In this document: one piece after another, positions 15,661 through 26,285 of the stretch
How positions within the stretch are numbered: position 1 is the first letter of the stretch
Layout of the letters: each line of letters opens with the position of its first letter
From: a virus
DNA: 45,840 nt
Virus record (IMG/VR): IMGVR_UViG_2545824543_000001
Direction: 5' to 3' (one strand)
Translations under genes and position numbers: made by a program
The notes under the pieces: generated by a model
Told to the model about the DNA's origin: nothing
Database searches by the model: none
The model's input: only the letters and a program-made list of their open reading frames with translations

Positions 15661-18600
15661 TTATTTCCCTCTGCGGCCGAGGATATATTCGAGAGGCGAA
15701 ACGTCTTCGCCTTCGTTGCTGCGCATCAGAGCATCGACCCCGCGATTGACCTGCGTTGCCGGGAGCCCCGTCGCCAAGCCCGTCGCGTTGATGATGCCTT
15801 TGATGTCTTTCGGCTTGATCCCGGCAAGTCCATCTTCCGAGAGCGGCGCGGTCAGAACATTGAACAGACCGATTGCCCCCTTGCCCGCATCGCCAATGAT
15901 GCCGCCATATGCGCCGCCACCATCGAAGCCCTGCAAGGCGCTCGCGCCATCGCGAACGAACGGTATCGTGCCCATGACGCTCAGGCCGGTTTGCTTCGCG
16001 AGGAACTTCGCCCAGCCGTCCTTTTTATCGTCTTCGCCGTCATCGCCGCCAGGAAGCTGACCACGGATCGCGGCCATTATGACGGCCTCAAGCGTGAACA
16101 GGAAAACCATGTCGACCGTCCATGACATTACCTCGACGGCCGATCTGGCGCTTACGCCTTCCTGCTGTAGCGTCCGCGATGCCTTGCCGGTCCGCTCGTA
16201 GGCGACGTTGAACTTGGCGAACATATAGGAGCCGAGCGCCGTAAACAGCCGCACGACATCATTCTGCCGCGCCGTGCGAGTGACAGAGCCGCGCTCGATA
16301 GCCGAGCGGTCAGAGAACAGGCCAGAAGCTTGCGCCCTTTTCACAACGTCGTCCGCATGAGCGATTGCTTTCGCCTCATCGTTACCGAAGCGGCGCAACC
16401 CCTGCTGATACCCGGCAAGCCAGGACGGAATGTCGACCGTGTACCACTGAACTTTAGTCATCAGCCAGAACGACAGCGGCCCGATCCATTCCGATTTAAT
16501 ATCGCCCCACCGCGACGCGACCGGCCCCATCTTCGGATCGTTGTAGAAATCGTTGATGTCCTTATTGAACGTCGTGGCGCGCGTGCTCATGAACGCCGAC
16601 TTTGCCGTGATGTCAGCGATAGCGCCCGGCCGCAGTGATGCTTGGAGCCCGCGCACGAAGTCGCGCTTGCCGAGCACGACCATTGTCTGCGACAGGCCCG
16701 AAATCTGAGACGCGACGGTCACGAGGTTGAATGCGAGCTTTGCCGCCGTAAAGTTCGACTTCAGAGAACGCGCCGCGCGGCCGACAAAATCACCAGACCG
16801 TAACTCGCCCTCCGCAACGTCCTTGAGCCAAAGCTCAAGAGCATCGAAGTCTGCCTGTTTGCCCGTCTCTGTGAACGCGTCACGGATGCGGCCATCTTGC
16901 AGAATGCGCCAGGAATTGGCGACCGGCTCGCTCAATTCCAGATCGTAGATCACTTGATTGACGTGCCTATGAAGCACGGACATATCAAGCTCAACGTCGC
17001 GCCCCGACGACTGCGCGCGTTCCTTCAAATGCCCGTTGCGCGTCTGCGCTTTGCCGAAGCGGCCAGCCTGCAATGACTGCGCAATTTCTTGCGTCTGATC
17101 ATCCCGAGCCAGCGACGAAAGACGCGGGTCGTATTTGATCGGATAATAGCCGCCCGCGAGCGTCTTGCCGCCGATTGTGACCGGCGAGCCTTCCACCCGT
17201 TTCGGCTCTACGCCCGTCGTCCGCCTCTCGCGTGCCGCTATGTCATTCCAGAACGACCCAACGTAATCCCACACCGATTGCACGAAGTCAGCATCGCGCT
17301 CGTCGAGCGTCGCCAGGATCGCAGCGACTTGCGCCTCTGTAAACGATCCGCGCACCTTCGGATCGGTAAGCCGCTGCATGTTGCCTTCGTTGCCGGTATT
17401 GAGCGCGACAGCGATCCGTTCCCACTTCGAGAGCGCAAACCCGATTTCAGGCATGTGTCGACGCACGGCCATTTCCCGCCGTTCGGCCTTCGAATAGACC
17501 GAGTAAAGCCCTTCGAGCGCCGTCGCCGCCTTTTCCTTGCGCACGATTAGACGGCTCATCGCGGCGTCGATTGGTGCCTTGATATTGCGGTACGCAGTCC
17601 CGGCATCCTTGAACCCGTCGATTTCCCGCAGGAGCGTCGTCGCGTTTAGCACTAGGTCAAGGAACTGCCGGGCACCGTGGCGAATAGCTTCGGCCTTCGT
17701 CTTGACGCGCCCAGGCGGACGCTTCTTTACGTTTGCCTCGAAGGCTTCCGCAATCTCAGTCACGACCTCATCGAGCGCGCGTTCATTCTGCGCATCGATC
17801 AGCTTGTCCCATCGCGTCGCTACGTGCTCGAGGTTTTTCAGGCTATCGATCACGCCGCGAAGCTGTTCGACCGGCAGAGTTTTGTAAGGCTTGCGCGCCG
17901 CGTCAGAGAGCACGCTTTCGGGAATAGAAATTTCGTTCTCACGCCCCGCCGCCTTCATCGCCTCAATGAAAGCATTGAGAGTGCCGCGCCGCTGTTCGGC
18001 CGCGCCGCTGATCTTGCGGAAGTCGTACCGTTCGAGAATTTCGTCGATAGCGCCCAGGTAATCGATAGTCGCGTTTTCGCGCCGACCAGCGCCAGCGATA
18101 CGCTCGCGCGTCGACTTGCTGTTCAAACGCTTGACGTAGTTTTCAGCCTTCTCGACTTCTTCGGCTACCTTGCGCGATTCCGTGTAGAGCGCGTGATTGA
18201 TCAACTGCCGCCGCTTTGCGTCGATCAGGTTCGCGACGAGCTCGTTGTAACCGGCCGTATGCGTCTCTACCGGCGTCGTCGCAATGAACTGGCCGCCGTC
18301 CGCACCGAACCGGCGCTCTGTGCGCTGGACGGTTTGGTCGCGGCTTTCGAGCTTGGCGTTACGATCCTCGATTGCCTTCGCCAGAGCGTCGGGCGACGCC
18401 TCGCCCTTCGCCACCGCGCGCGCCTTCGCCTCGATACGCCGGTTCGCGTTCTTGAGCCAAATGCTGTTTCGCGCCAGTTGTGCGGCGAGACGTTCGGCTT
18501 CTTCAGCCGCCGCGCGTTCAGCCGCAAGGAAACGGCCCGAAGCCGTCGCGTCTCGCACGCGCATGCGGGCAATCGTCAGGCGCGCGGATGCTCGCGCTTC

Positions 18601-21600
18601 TTTCGCAGTCAATGCGGGCTCGCGTTCCGCGACCTCGGAAACAGCTTTAAGTTCTGCTGCGATCCATTGGCCGCGCTTGTCGACGTGAACCGCGTCCACC
18701 GCTTCCGCTTCGAGCGAGCCGTCGTTCAGCACGTCGCCGTGACGATCACGCATAATGCGATCCGTCTCGGCCTCGATTGCCTCCGTGCGTTTTGGCGCGC
18801 GCTCCATCGCCTGAATCATTTCATCGCCGCTATCGAAGCCAAACCATCCAGCCGCTTCGTCGGGATCAATGCCGCCGTCGACCGTGTAGATCGTTTGCTT
18901 GCCGCGTGGCAAAGTTTTGAGAACGCCCGAGCCGTAACGAGCGACAAGGATTTCTTTCGACAGCCTCATGTCTGGCAGGTCTTGATCCTGGCCGTCGCCA
19001 AGCCAGCGCTTATTGCCCATCCATTCAATCGCGCGGAAATACGGGTAAGCGTTGACCTCCTTGGTAACTTGCGCCTTGACCTTCTCGCGCTCCTTTTTGA
19101 ACCATTCCTCTTTTTGCCGTTTAATCGGCTCCATAATTTCGCGTAGCAGGCGAGCTTTGGCGCTATCCTCGGCCTGCTGGCGTAGCTTCATCAGATTGGC
19201 GTACTCGGCCGCCGTAAGCCCAAGCTGCTCAGCCGTCGCGAAGACAGGCGTCGAGCCGCCTATGTTCCCTTGCGCCTTGGCGATTTCCTCATCCGTCGCA
19301 ATCATCCGATCGAATACGCCCCGGATCTGATCCGAAGGCTTGACGTTCAGTCCCGCCAACCGCTGATAAATCGACACGAGCCAAGCCCGGAACTTCTCGA
19401 AGGCAGAGCGCAATTCCTCATTCGGCGCGCGGCCCTCCATCAGATAGGCTTCAAACCCGCGCGCAAACTGCTCTTGGCCGCCGACGACAAGCGCGCGATC
19501 CTTTACCGCGTCGCCGGTCGTACCGTTGTCCAGCCATGCCGTCACGTCTTCTACGGTCACTGTAACGCCATCGGTCGACCGCGTTGCGTCTTTCGCCACA
19601 GCGTCGGCGTTCTCGCGCCACCACTCACGCACGGCCTTGATCTCCGCAGCCGCGTGCGGCTCACCGCGCGCCGCAAGATCCTCCAACACGGTCAAGAAGA
19701 AATGGCCGCTTTCATGGACGACGGTCGACAGGTTCGCCGTCTCGAACAGGCGAATGATCGACTCGCCACTGCTGACACCGGCAGAAGGGAATTGGATCGA
19801 GCCGCGAGCGCCCTGATTGTATGAGCGGCCCTCGAATTTCGGGTGCAGCGTGGCAGTCTCGCCCGGCGTCGGATAGTCGATCTCTCGCACGTCGAAGACT
19901 TCGGACACCGACGCACCGGCCTTGCCCTTGCTATAGCCGACAACGCTGTCATAGCCAGCCTCGCGTACTGCATGAGCAATCACGTTCTCTTGCAGGGCGT
20001 ATCGAAGCTGATTGCCCTGCTTACTGTTCGCGATGATCTCATAAGCCAGCGTTGGATCTGCGCCATGTTCTTCAAGGAAGTTCGAAACATTTTCCTCGAA
20101 CAGCCCAGGCTCGCGAAGCATATGCTTCGACGTGACGACGGCCATAACGGCGCGGTCAAGTTCCTTCATCGCGCCCTTGCCCTTGAGCGCATTCCATGCA
20201 GCCTCGGGAGCCTTGCCGCCCGTCGCGCCCTTCACAAACAGCGGGCGCTTTAGGATCGTTTCACCGCGCGTCTCTACCGGCCCGCCGTAAGCACCGCCAA
20301 CCGAACCCTTGCCGCGATAATACTTCGCATTCTTTGAGCCGACAGGGAGATAGAAGACGCCCGTTCGGACGGACGTTGCTCCGATCTGTTCCGGCTTCTG
20401 GTAGCGAACCAAATCGATCAGCAAGCCGTCATCGGTGATTGACGCGCCTGCCGTGTTTGCAACGGCCTCAGAGAATAGCGGATCAGATGGAAGCTCCACA
20501 GACATATCGATGCGGCGCGCCTGATCTGGCGTAACTTGCAGCGCTTTAAATGCCCCGCCGTGCTGGGTTGAGCGAACGACAATAACCTTGTTGTCGGGAA
20601 CGTCGGCCGTATTCCAAGGCGGCGGGATAGTGCCCTTCTCAGGCGGCTTGCCAAGTGCTTCTGCCGCATAGCGTTGGCGCATATCATCGGCGCGCTGCAT
20701 GCGATCACGCGTCTGAATGTTGCGCGCTTCGGCCTCGCCAGCGATGCGCCTATAATATTCGTACTTAGCCGCATAGATCAGATCCGCATGCGCGGCGCGG
20801 ATTTTTGGCTCCAATTGATCAATTCGAGCTTCGAGCTTAACGCGCTCTTCCGCGCTCGGAGAGCCGTCAAGCTTTTTCGCTATGGCTTCCCACTCAGCGA
20901 CGTATTGACTGATCTCGCGCTTTATTTCTTCGACCGTCACGCCTTCATACAGTTCGCCCATTTCGAGATTGCCGCCGTGCGCAAATCCTTCCTGATCTTG
21001 GATCACGTGCGCAATCTCATGCAGCAGAATAGAACGCGCGTGGACGAGGGTCTTACCCTGGACCTCAATGCTGTTCCCGTCCCATAGCCCCCCCGCTTCC
21101 GCGTTCGGGTTGATTTTGAATTTTACGGGAATGCCTTTGAAAATCGTATAGGCATCGAACAGCTTCGAATGATCGAGAAGCTCGCCAAGCGTGCCGTCGA
21201 ATCGCCAGCCGGACTTTGTTTTAGTCAGCGCGTTTTGTTTGATTGTAGCGTCAGCGTCGCTTATTTCGAACCGCCACTGACCGTCAGGCCCGACGAAGAA
21301 CCCGGTTTCGTCATAGATCTCATCTCGCGTCGCCCCAGCGGCGCGCATGAGAACGGCCTTGCTCAATGCCTCAAGTTCGACCGTCTTCGCGCTGATCCCG
21401 GCAAACTGATTGAACGACGACGCACCGGCCTTCTCCAAGGCTTTGCGGATCGTCGCATCATCGTCGTCTAGCGACACGCCGACTTCTGCAAGATGCTCTT
21501 CGATGCCGCTCAGATCCCTTGCGCGTTCAATCGCGGGGTCAATCGCATCATGCGCTGAATACTGAGCGCTTCCGGACAATTCCGCGTCGATAGCATCCCA

Positions 21601-23940
21601 CAGCGCCGCCGTAATATCCGGCGTCTGTCGACCTTCTTCGACCGCGCGCAGATATTCCTGTACTGCCGGATTGTCGGCCATGTAGCCGCGCTCTATCGCA
21701 GCGAGCGCTACGTCGTCGGCCCCGAACCGCTTTCCGTCGCCAGACCCGAGCATTGACGACTGACCGGCGACGAAGCCCTTGCGCGCAAGCCGCAACGACT
21801 TTTTGCCCTTGCCGCGATTAACGACCGTGGCATCGCGCGCCGCAAGTTCGCCACCCGCGTCATTGATGCCGCCGTAATCGGAAATGAACTCGAGCAACGT
21901 CTGCCGCTTGTCGCTGAGCGTCCTTGCCGCGCGCGCTTCGGCCAGCGTTCGCGTCAGCGCGTCAACATTGCGAAACTGCATTCCTTCCGGAATGGAACCT
22001 TTGATTTGCGGCAGCGGATACTGCTGCATAAATTCTTCTGTCGTCAGCCCCGAGCGCAGCGCCATCACGCGGTAAAACGCGGGATAAAGCATTGCTTCAG
22101 TCGTGGCGACATCGGTCGACCGCCCGGCCAAGCGAAGCCGCGACACCATCGTATCGTATATCTCTTGCTCGAACGACCGAAGTTCCTCGTTCCTCAAGCG
22201 GAGATCTTCAGCAAGCTGCCATGCTTCTTCGAGCGCATCGCTGACCTTTGCGTTGAACTCTGCCGCCTCCCCAAACGTCTTTTCGTTCGGATCGAACCGC
22301 ATGTTGTCGATCAGGAACGCGTCATGCTCTGAACCGGCAATTTGCGCCGCATACGTTGCAGTCGGGATTTGCAGATCTTGGCCGCCGTCAAGCGCCGCCT
22401 GTAGGTCTTCGCGCGTGACGCCTTCCAAACTGTCGACGAGATCGAACGGGTCAAGGTTCATCGACTGGAAGTATTCGGTGAACTTTTTCGCCGGAATGAA
22501 TACGTTCTCGACCGGCCCGTCTTTCGTCGCTTCAGCAACAAACTGGCGGAACTTCTCAGGCAAGCGATTGCGCAGCGCCGACGATTGCGCTTGTCCGGAA
22601 AGCTGCTCGAACAGCGCCTTGCGCGCCTCGGCTGATTTGGCCTTGGCCTGTGCATCGAGAAACTTTTCGCGGCCGACGCCGACGACTTCGATGGGAGCTG
22701 TTGCAAATTCTGCAATACCTTCCATCAGGATATCGCCTAGGCTCATCTGCTGACCGGAGAAGTATTGCCCGCCAGCTTCGCCAGAGGCACCCATTACCGC
22801 CTGCGTCAGCGATTGCAGGACCATGTTGCCCACAGGACTTTCCGCCAGCGTCTTGCCAGCTACGCCACCCGACAGGCCGTCCATCATGCCGACAATTACG
22901 CCTCGCACGTTGCCACGGTCGACGGCCGCTTTCATCAGTTCTGGGTTTGAGATCGCCGCAAGCGCGTCTTCAGGCTTCGAAATATCAAGGCCATGTTCCT
23001 TGAACAAATCGGCCGGCGCAGTTCCCATTTCCGTCGCAGCCGAAGTCGCGCCCAAAGTGACGGCACCGGCAATAGGGTTTCCCGTTCCAATCGTGACGGC
23101 CGTTGCCGCAGCGAGGGAGGGAAGACTTTCGGCCGCCGTCTCAGCGGCAAACGCTGCAAATGCTTTAGGGTCTTTGGCAATCGCCTGCATGTAGGAGCCG
23201 AAATCTGCCCACACGTCGCCGGACGGCTTGACTTCCGTCCAGATCTCGCGCCCACGCGCACCGGCAGGCGACATCGGGATCTCAGCAATGCGCTTATTGA
23301 TCAGCCCGACTTGCTGCTGATAATAGGCGGCGGTATTCTTCGCCGCGTCAGGCCCAGCGGCAAATTCGGAAAACCGCGACGTGGCGTAGCGAGAACCGGC
23401 CTTGAACAAGTCGATTGGATCTGGAACGCGTTTGTAAATCAGATTGCCGTTCTTATCGCGAACGTCAGTCTCACTCGCCAGGATGTCGCCAAACGACTGC
23501 TGCTGATCCTGATAGCGCTCCGTCGCGGCGTTCGCCATTAGCTGATTGTAAGCCATCGGCACGCGGTCGACGCCGCGCGATATGGCATTCTTCGCAGCTA
23601 CGAACGGCGTTTCCCACCACGACAGATTTGAAAGATCGTCTTTCGCAACGGCGGCATTCTCAGGGTTGCGCAGCCATTGGGTCAGACGCGGCGAACTCGA
23701 GAGGATCGTCGAGTTTTTCTGCCGTGCGATTTCCGCTTGGAAAACGCTGCTAAACTCTTGCACCATAGCCAGCGGCGGAACCGGCGAGCCGCTGATTTTT
23801 GCGAACTCGTTCGCGAGATTTATATGTCCCGCAACCTCGTCAGGCTTGCCGTCCGTCGTGGAGAGCACGACGTTCGCGGCCCCCACGTTGCTCTGCTGCT
23901 GCTTAGCTTTCCAGGTTTCGTAGTCTGCAAGCGTGTCCAT
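15661..23940 (-). CDS. Giant internal virion / ejection protein (gp16 position) with polyvalent-protein features and two HExxH motifs
   Basis: 2759 aa. HEIAH at aa 974-978 (nt 21007-21021), followed by AGEAEARN. HESGH at aa 1409-1413 (nt 19702-19716), followed by EQFARGFEAY. Hydrophobic/Gly-rich segments near aa 260-420 and at the C-terminus. Confidence 0.8.
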   Translation of the reverse strand: MDTLADYETWKAKQQQSNVGAANVVLSTTDGKPDEVAGHINLANEFAKISGSPVPPLAMVQEFSSVFQAEIARQKNSTILSSSPRLTQWLRNPENAAVAKDDLSNLSWWETPFVAAKNAISRGVDRVPMAYNQLMANAATERYQDQQQSFGDILASETDVRDKNGNLIYKRVPDPIDLFKAGSRYATSRFSEFAAGPDAAKNTAAYYQQQVGLINKRIAEIPMSPAGARGREIWTEVKPSGDVWADFGSYMQAIAKDPKAFAAFAAETAAESLPSLAAATAVTIGTGNPIAGAVTLGATSAATEMGTAPADLFKEHGLDISKPEDALAAISNPELMKAAVDRGNVRGVIVGMMDGLSGGVAGKTLAESPVGNMVLQSLTQAVMGASGEAGGQYFSGQQMSLGDILMEGIAEFATAPIEVVGVGREKFLDAQAKAKSAEARKALFEQLSGQAQSSALRNRLPEKFRQFVAEATKDGPVENVFIPAKKFTEYFQSMNLDPFDLVDSLEGVTREDLQAALDGGQDLQIPTATYAAQIAGSEHDAFLIDNMRFDPNEKTFGEAAEFNAKVSDALEEAWQLAEDLRLRNEELRSFEQEIYDTMVSRLRLAGRSTDVATTEAMLYPAFYRVMALRSGLTTEEFMQQYPLPQIKGSIPEGMQFRNVDALTRTLAEARAARTLSDKRQTLLEFISDYGGINDAGGELAARDATVVNRGKGKKSLRLARKGFVAGQSSMLGSGDGKRFGADDVALAAIERGYMADNPAVQEYLRAVEEGRQTPDITAALWDAIDAELSGSAQYSAHDAIDPAIERARDLSGIEEHLAEVGVSLDDDDATIRKALEKAGASSFNQFAGISAKTVELEALSKAVLMRAAGATRDEIYDETGFFVGPDGQWRFEISDADATIKQNALTKTKSGWRFDGTLGELLDHSKLFDAYTIFKGIPVKFKINPNAEAGGLWDGNSIEVQGKTLVHARSILLHEIAHVIQDQEGFAHGGNLEMGELYEGVTVEEIKREISQYVAEWEAIAKKLDGSPSAEERVKLEARIDQLEPKIRAAHADLIYAAKYEYYRRIAGEAEARNIQTRDRMQRADDMRQRYAAEALGKPPEKGTIPPPWNTADVPDNKVIVVRSTQHGGAFKALQVTPDQARRIDMSVELPSDPLFSEAVANTAGASITDDGLLIDLVRYQKPEQIGATSVRTGVFYLPVGSKNAKYYRGKGSVGGAYGGPVETRGETILKRPLFVKGATGGKAPEAAWNALKGKGAMKELDRAVMAVVTSKHMLREPGLFEENVSNFLEEHGADPTLAYEIIANSKQGNQLRYALQENVIAHAVREAGYDSVVGYSKGKAGASVSEVFDVREIDYPTPGETATLHPKFEGRSYNQGARGSIQFPSAGVSSGESIIRLFETANLSTVVHESGHFFLTVLEDLAARGEPHAAAEIKAVREWWRENADAVAKDATRSTDGVTVTVEDVTAWLDNGTTGDAVKDRALVVGGQEQFARGFEAYLMEGRAPNEELRSAFEKFRAWLVSIYQRLAGLNVKPSDQIRGVFDRMIATDEEIAKAQGNIGGSTPVFATAEQLGLTAAEYANLMKLRQQAEDSAKARLLREIMEPIKRQKEEWFKKEREKVKAQVTKEVNAYPYFRAIEWMGNKRWLGDGQDQDLPDMRLSKEILVARYGSGVLKTLPRGKQTIYTVDGGIDPDEAAGWFGFDSGDEMIQAMERAPKRTEAIEAETDRIMRDRHGDVLNDGSLEAEAVDAVHVDKRGQWIAAELKAVSEVAEREPALTAKEARASARLTIARMRVRDATASGRFLAAERAAAEEAERLAAQLARNSIWLKNANRRIEAKARAVAKGEASPDALAKAIEDRNAKLESRDQTVQRTERRFGADGGQFIATTPVETHTAGYNELVANLIDAKRRQLINHALYTESRKVAEEVEKAENYVKRLNSKSTRERIAGAGRRENATIDYLGAIDEILERYDFRKISGAAEQRRGTLNAFIEAMKAAGRENEISIPESVLSDAARKPYKTLPVEQLRGVIDSLKNLEHVATRWDKLIDAQNERALDEVVTEIAEAFEANVKKRPPGRVKTKAEAIRHGARQFLDLVLNATTLLREIDGFKDAGTAYRNIKAPIDAAMSRLIVRKEKAATALEGLYSVYSKAERREMAVRRHMPEIGFALSKWERIAVALNTGNEGNMQRLTDPKVRGSFTEAQVAAILATLDERDADFVQSVWDYVGSFWNDIAARERRTTGVEPKRVEGSPVTIGGKTLAGGYYPIKYDPRLSSLARDDQTQEIAQSLQAGRFGKAQTRNGHLKERAQSSGRDVELDMSVLHRHVNQVIYDLELSEPVANSWRILQDGRIRDAFTETGKQADFDALELWLKDVAEGELRSGDFVGRAARSLKSNFTAAKLAFNLVTVASQISGLSQTMVVLGKRDFVRGLQASLRPGAIADITAKSAFMSTRATTFNKDINDFYNDPKMGPVASRWGDIKSEWIGPLSFWLMTKVQWYTVDIPSWLAGYQQGLRRFGNDEAKAIAHADDVVKRAQASGLFSDRSAIERGSVTRTARQNDVVRLFTALGSYMFAKFNVAYERTGKASRTLQQEGVSARSAVEVMSWTVDMVFLFTLEAVIMAAIRGQLPGGDDGEDDKKDGWAKFLAKQTGLSVMGTIPFVRDGASALQGFDGGGAYGGIIGDAGKGAIGLFNVLTAPLSEDGLAGIKPKDIKGIINATGLATGLPATQVNRGVDALMRSNEGEDVSPLEYILGRRGK

Positions 23941-23997
23941 AAATCATCCCGCGCAAAAGCCTCGCACCGTTCTAGCGGGCGATGGTTGCGGGACAGA

Positions 23998-26274
23998 TCA
24001 GCGGCTAAGAACGAAGTCCTCGTAACGCTGCTCGACCTCTGCCTTGCTCGGTTTCCGGCCTAGTTCGCGTTCAAGATCGCCCGCAATCCCGCGCCTGAGA
24101 TCAATCGGGATGTCGTCATACTTGATAGCAATCTCGGCCGTGGAATCGTCTGGACGGTCAGCCAACTGGAACGCTAGGCCCGGCTTCTCGTTGGTTCCCC
24201 ACAGCATGCCGGGCGTTTTGATCACGACAGGCAAGAGAAGCTTGTTGATCATCGACTGGACTTCGATCTGCGTCGGAGCCCGGTTGTTATTGGTGCGCTT
24301 GAACGTCTCCATTTCGTCGGCCAGTGCGTTCTGGAACTTTACGACCTGCTTTGCCGCATTCTCTTTTTCCGTGCCCTTCTTGCCAGACGTCGAAATGCCG
24401 ACAGCCTCAAGCTGCGTTTGCGCCTGCGAGAACGCAGCCGACAGGTTAGTGCCGTTTTCGCGCGCCTTCCGCTTGTCCGATAGCGCATCTTGACGCCAGC
24501 CCCGCACCTTCTCCCAATCGGAATTGGAGAGCTTGTCGCGGTACTGGAACAGATCGACATTCGCGAAGCCTTCCGGATCGCTGGCGTACTCCGTTTGCAA
24601 ATCGTAAAGCGTGCGGTCGTCCGTCTTCGGCTCGCCGTGCGTGCGAAGCTTTTCCTGATAGCTCATAAGCGTCGTCATGCCCGAGGCCCCGAGCGCTTGC
24701 TGATAGTCGAGAGGGATCTTGGACAGTTCCAAGCCCGGATTTTTCATAAGCTCGCCTTCGGCCCAAGACTGCACCTGTTCGCGCTGTGCATCGATCTGCT
24801 TCTTTTGCAGCGTGTAATAGCTGCTCAAAGCCTCTTGCGTTTCCTTCCGTTCCTTCGGATTTTTGATCGCCATCAATTGCGCGTTGATGTCCGCCAAGCC
24901 TTTCGGCCCATAGTTCGGCAGCGCGGCCGTCTGCTCGTTCACGGTCCCGGCAGTGCGGAACCCGAGAACTTTGCCGGGATCGAACGACGCCACGCTTACA
25001 CGATTGCCCTGATTGCCGCCCAGGACCATGACTTTGCCGTTGCGGTCGAAGCCTTGGAAAAAGCCGACGTGTCCTTCCCATCCGTTCGGATCTCCGCGCG
25101 ACATGACGACGATATCGCCCGGCTTAGGCTGGTCAGTCGGCATTCCGAAATTGAGGAATGACCGCGCATTCAATTTGCCCGTTCCCTCAACACCAGACGC
25201 GCCGAGCACGCCATTGACGAAGGCCGCACACCAGGGCGTCACGCGCGGATCGACGTTTAGACCGGCAGAGCGTTTGATAAAGCTCGAGATCGCGCCCGCG
25301 TCCGTTCGCTCGTTCAGGCCGATAAACTTCGACGCGATCTCATTGGCATGCACGCGCGCCGGTACGGCATCGCTCTGAGCGGGCTTAGGCGCGGGATCTT
25401 CGAGGCCCATGCGCGCGGCGCGCTCGCGCGTTGGACCGGGAGCCTCGTCGTATGTCTGCGACGGGATACCGGCGACAATGCTCGCGACGTTGCGGCTTGC
25501 CTTCTCCGCAAGAATTGGAGCTTCGAGCGCCTTGTCGAGATTGGCCTTGTCGACCGCAGTCAGCGCCGCAGCATGATCGTCGATGTACGTTTTAGCGGCC
25601 AGCGGATCGGCAAGCGCAATCCGCGTCGCGATGTTCTTGTGAACACCCGACGCGAAGTCCTTCTCTTTGAGGCTCATCGTCGCGGCGTCCCAGCCGTGCA
25701 TCGCGCCCTGTTCTCGAAGTTCGAGAATACCGGCCGCGATGTTTTTATTGATCAGCGCCGGATTGTTGGCGTTCTCCAACGCGTCATTGGCAAACGTCTC
25801 AATTCGCGCCGTCGATGTTTCGTTGAACCAGCTTTTGCGCGCTTGCGCACTATGAACAACCGACTGCTGAAGGACCGACTGCAACCGGGACTGCGAGGCG
25901 TCCGAATAGCTCCGCGCCGCCCCGCCCGTCAGAGGCTTGCCAAATTCCTTGCGCTTCTCGTCGGCTTCCTTTTCGAACGCGGCGCGCGCGTCGACAGCGT
26001 TCCGGCCTTCGAGCGTCATGTATCCGCCTTCGCCGTACATTTTTTCGCGCAGCCAGTTCGAATAGGCGTTATCCGCGTCTTTCGCGCGGTTTGCGTCATC
26101 GAGCGCTTGCATTTGCGCCATTGCATCGGCCGCCTGACCCATGCCTTGCGCGAGCCCTTGCATGCCTCGCCCTGCGGCAGCGCCGAAGTCATCCGCCGAC
26201 GCGCGCACGTCAATGCCCTGCTGGAAGTTGGGCCGCAGAGAGACGGTCTGCTGATATTCCGGAACCTTGACCAC
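23998..26274 (-). CDS. Internal virion protein (gp15 position) with an NlpC/P60-CHAP-like peptidoglycan hydrolase domain
   Basis: 758 aa. TPWCAAFVNGVL...PKPGDIVVMSRGDPNGWEGHVGFF...GGNQGNRVS has Cys-His hydrolase signatures. Confidence 0.75.
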   Translation of the reverse strand: MVKVPEYQQTVSLRPNFQQGIDVRASADDFGAAAGRGMQGLAQGMGQAADAMAQMQALDDANRAKDADNAYSNWLREKMYGEGGYMTLEGRNAVDARAAFEKEADEKRKEFGKPLTGGAARSYSDASQSRLQSVLQQSVVHSAQARKSWFNETSTARIETFANDALENANNPALINKNIAAGILELREQGAMHGWDAATMSLKEKDFASGVHKNIATRIALADPLAAKTYIDDHAAALTAVDKANLDKALEAPILAEKASRNVASIVAGIPSQTYDEAPGPTRERAARMGLEDPAPKPAQSDAVPARVHANEIASKFIGLNERTDAGAISSFIKRSAGLNVDPRVTPWCAAFVNGVLGASGVEGTGKLNARSFLNFGMPTDQPKPGDIVVMSRGDPNGWEGHVGFFQGFDRNGKVMVLGGNQGNRVSVASFDPGKVLGFRTAGTVNEQTAALPNYGPKGLADINAQLMAIKNPKERKETQEALSSYYTLQKKQIDAQREQVQSWAEGELMKNPGLELSKIPLDYQQALGASGMTTLMSYQEKLRTHGEPKTDDRTLYDLQTEYASDPEGFANVDLFQYRDKLSNSDWEKVRGWRQDALSDKRKARENGTNLSAAFSQAQTQLEAVGISTSGKKGTEKENAAKQVVKFQNALADEMETFKRTNNNRAPTQIEVQSMINKLLLPVVIKTPGMLWGTNEKPGLAFQLADRPDDSTAEIAIKYDDIPIDLRRGIAGDLERELGRKPSKAEVEQRYEDFVLSR

Positions 26275-26285
26275 GCGACGCCCCC

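Noticed and set aside
17677-19146. A long 489-aa plus-strand ORF, and many similar 100-300-aa ORFs, lie antisense to or overlap the annotated genes.
   Set aside because: They sit inside much longer, well-supported genes and have Arg/Ala/Pro/Leu-rich low-complexity compositions typical of off-frame translation of GC-rich DNA. They lack plausible starts.
15661-23940. The giant ORF might be an N4-like virion RNA polymerase.
   Set aside because: I could not find single-subunit RNA polymerase motifs. The recognisable motifs are HExxH zincin-like, and the gene sits at the T7 gp16 position.
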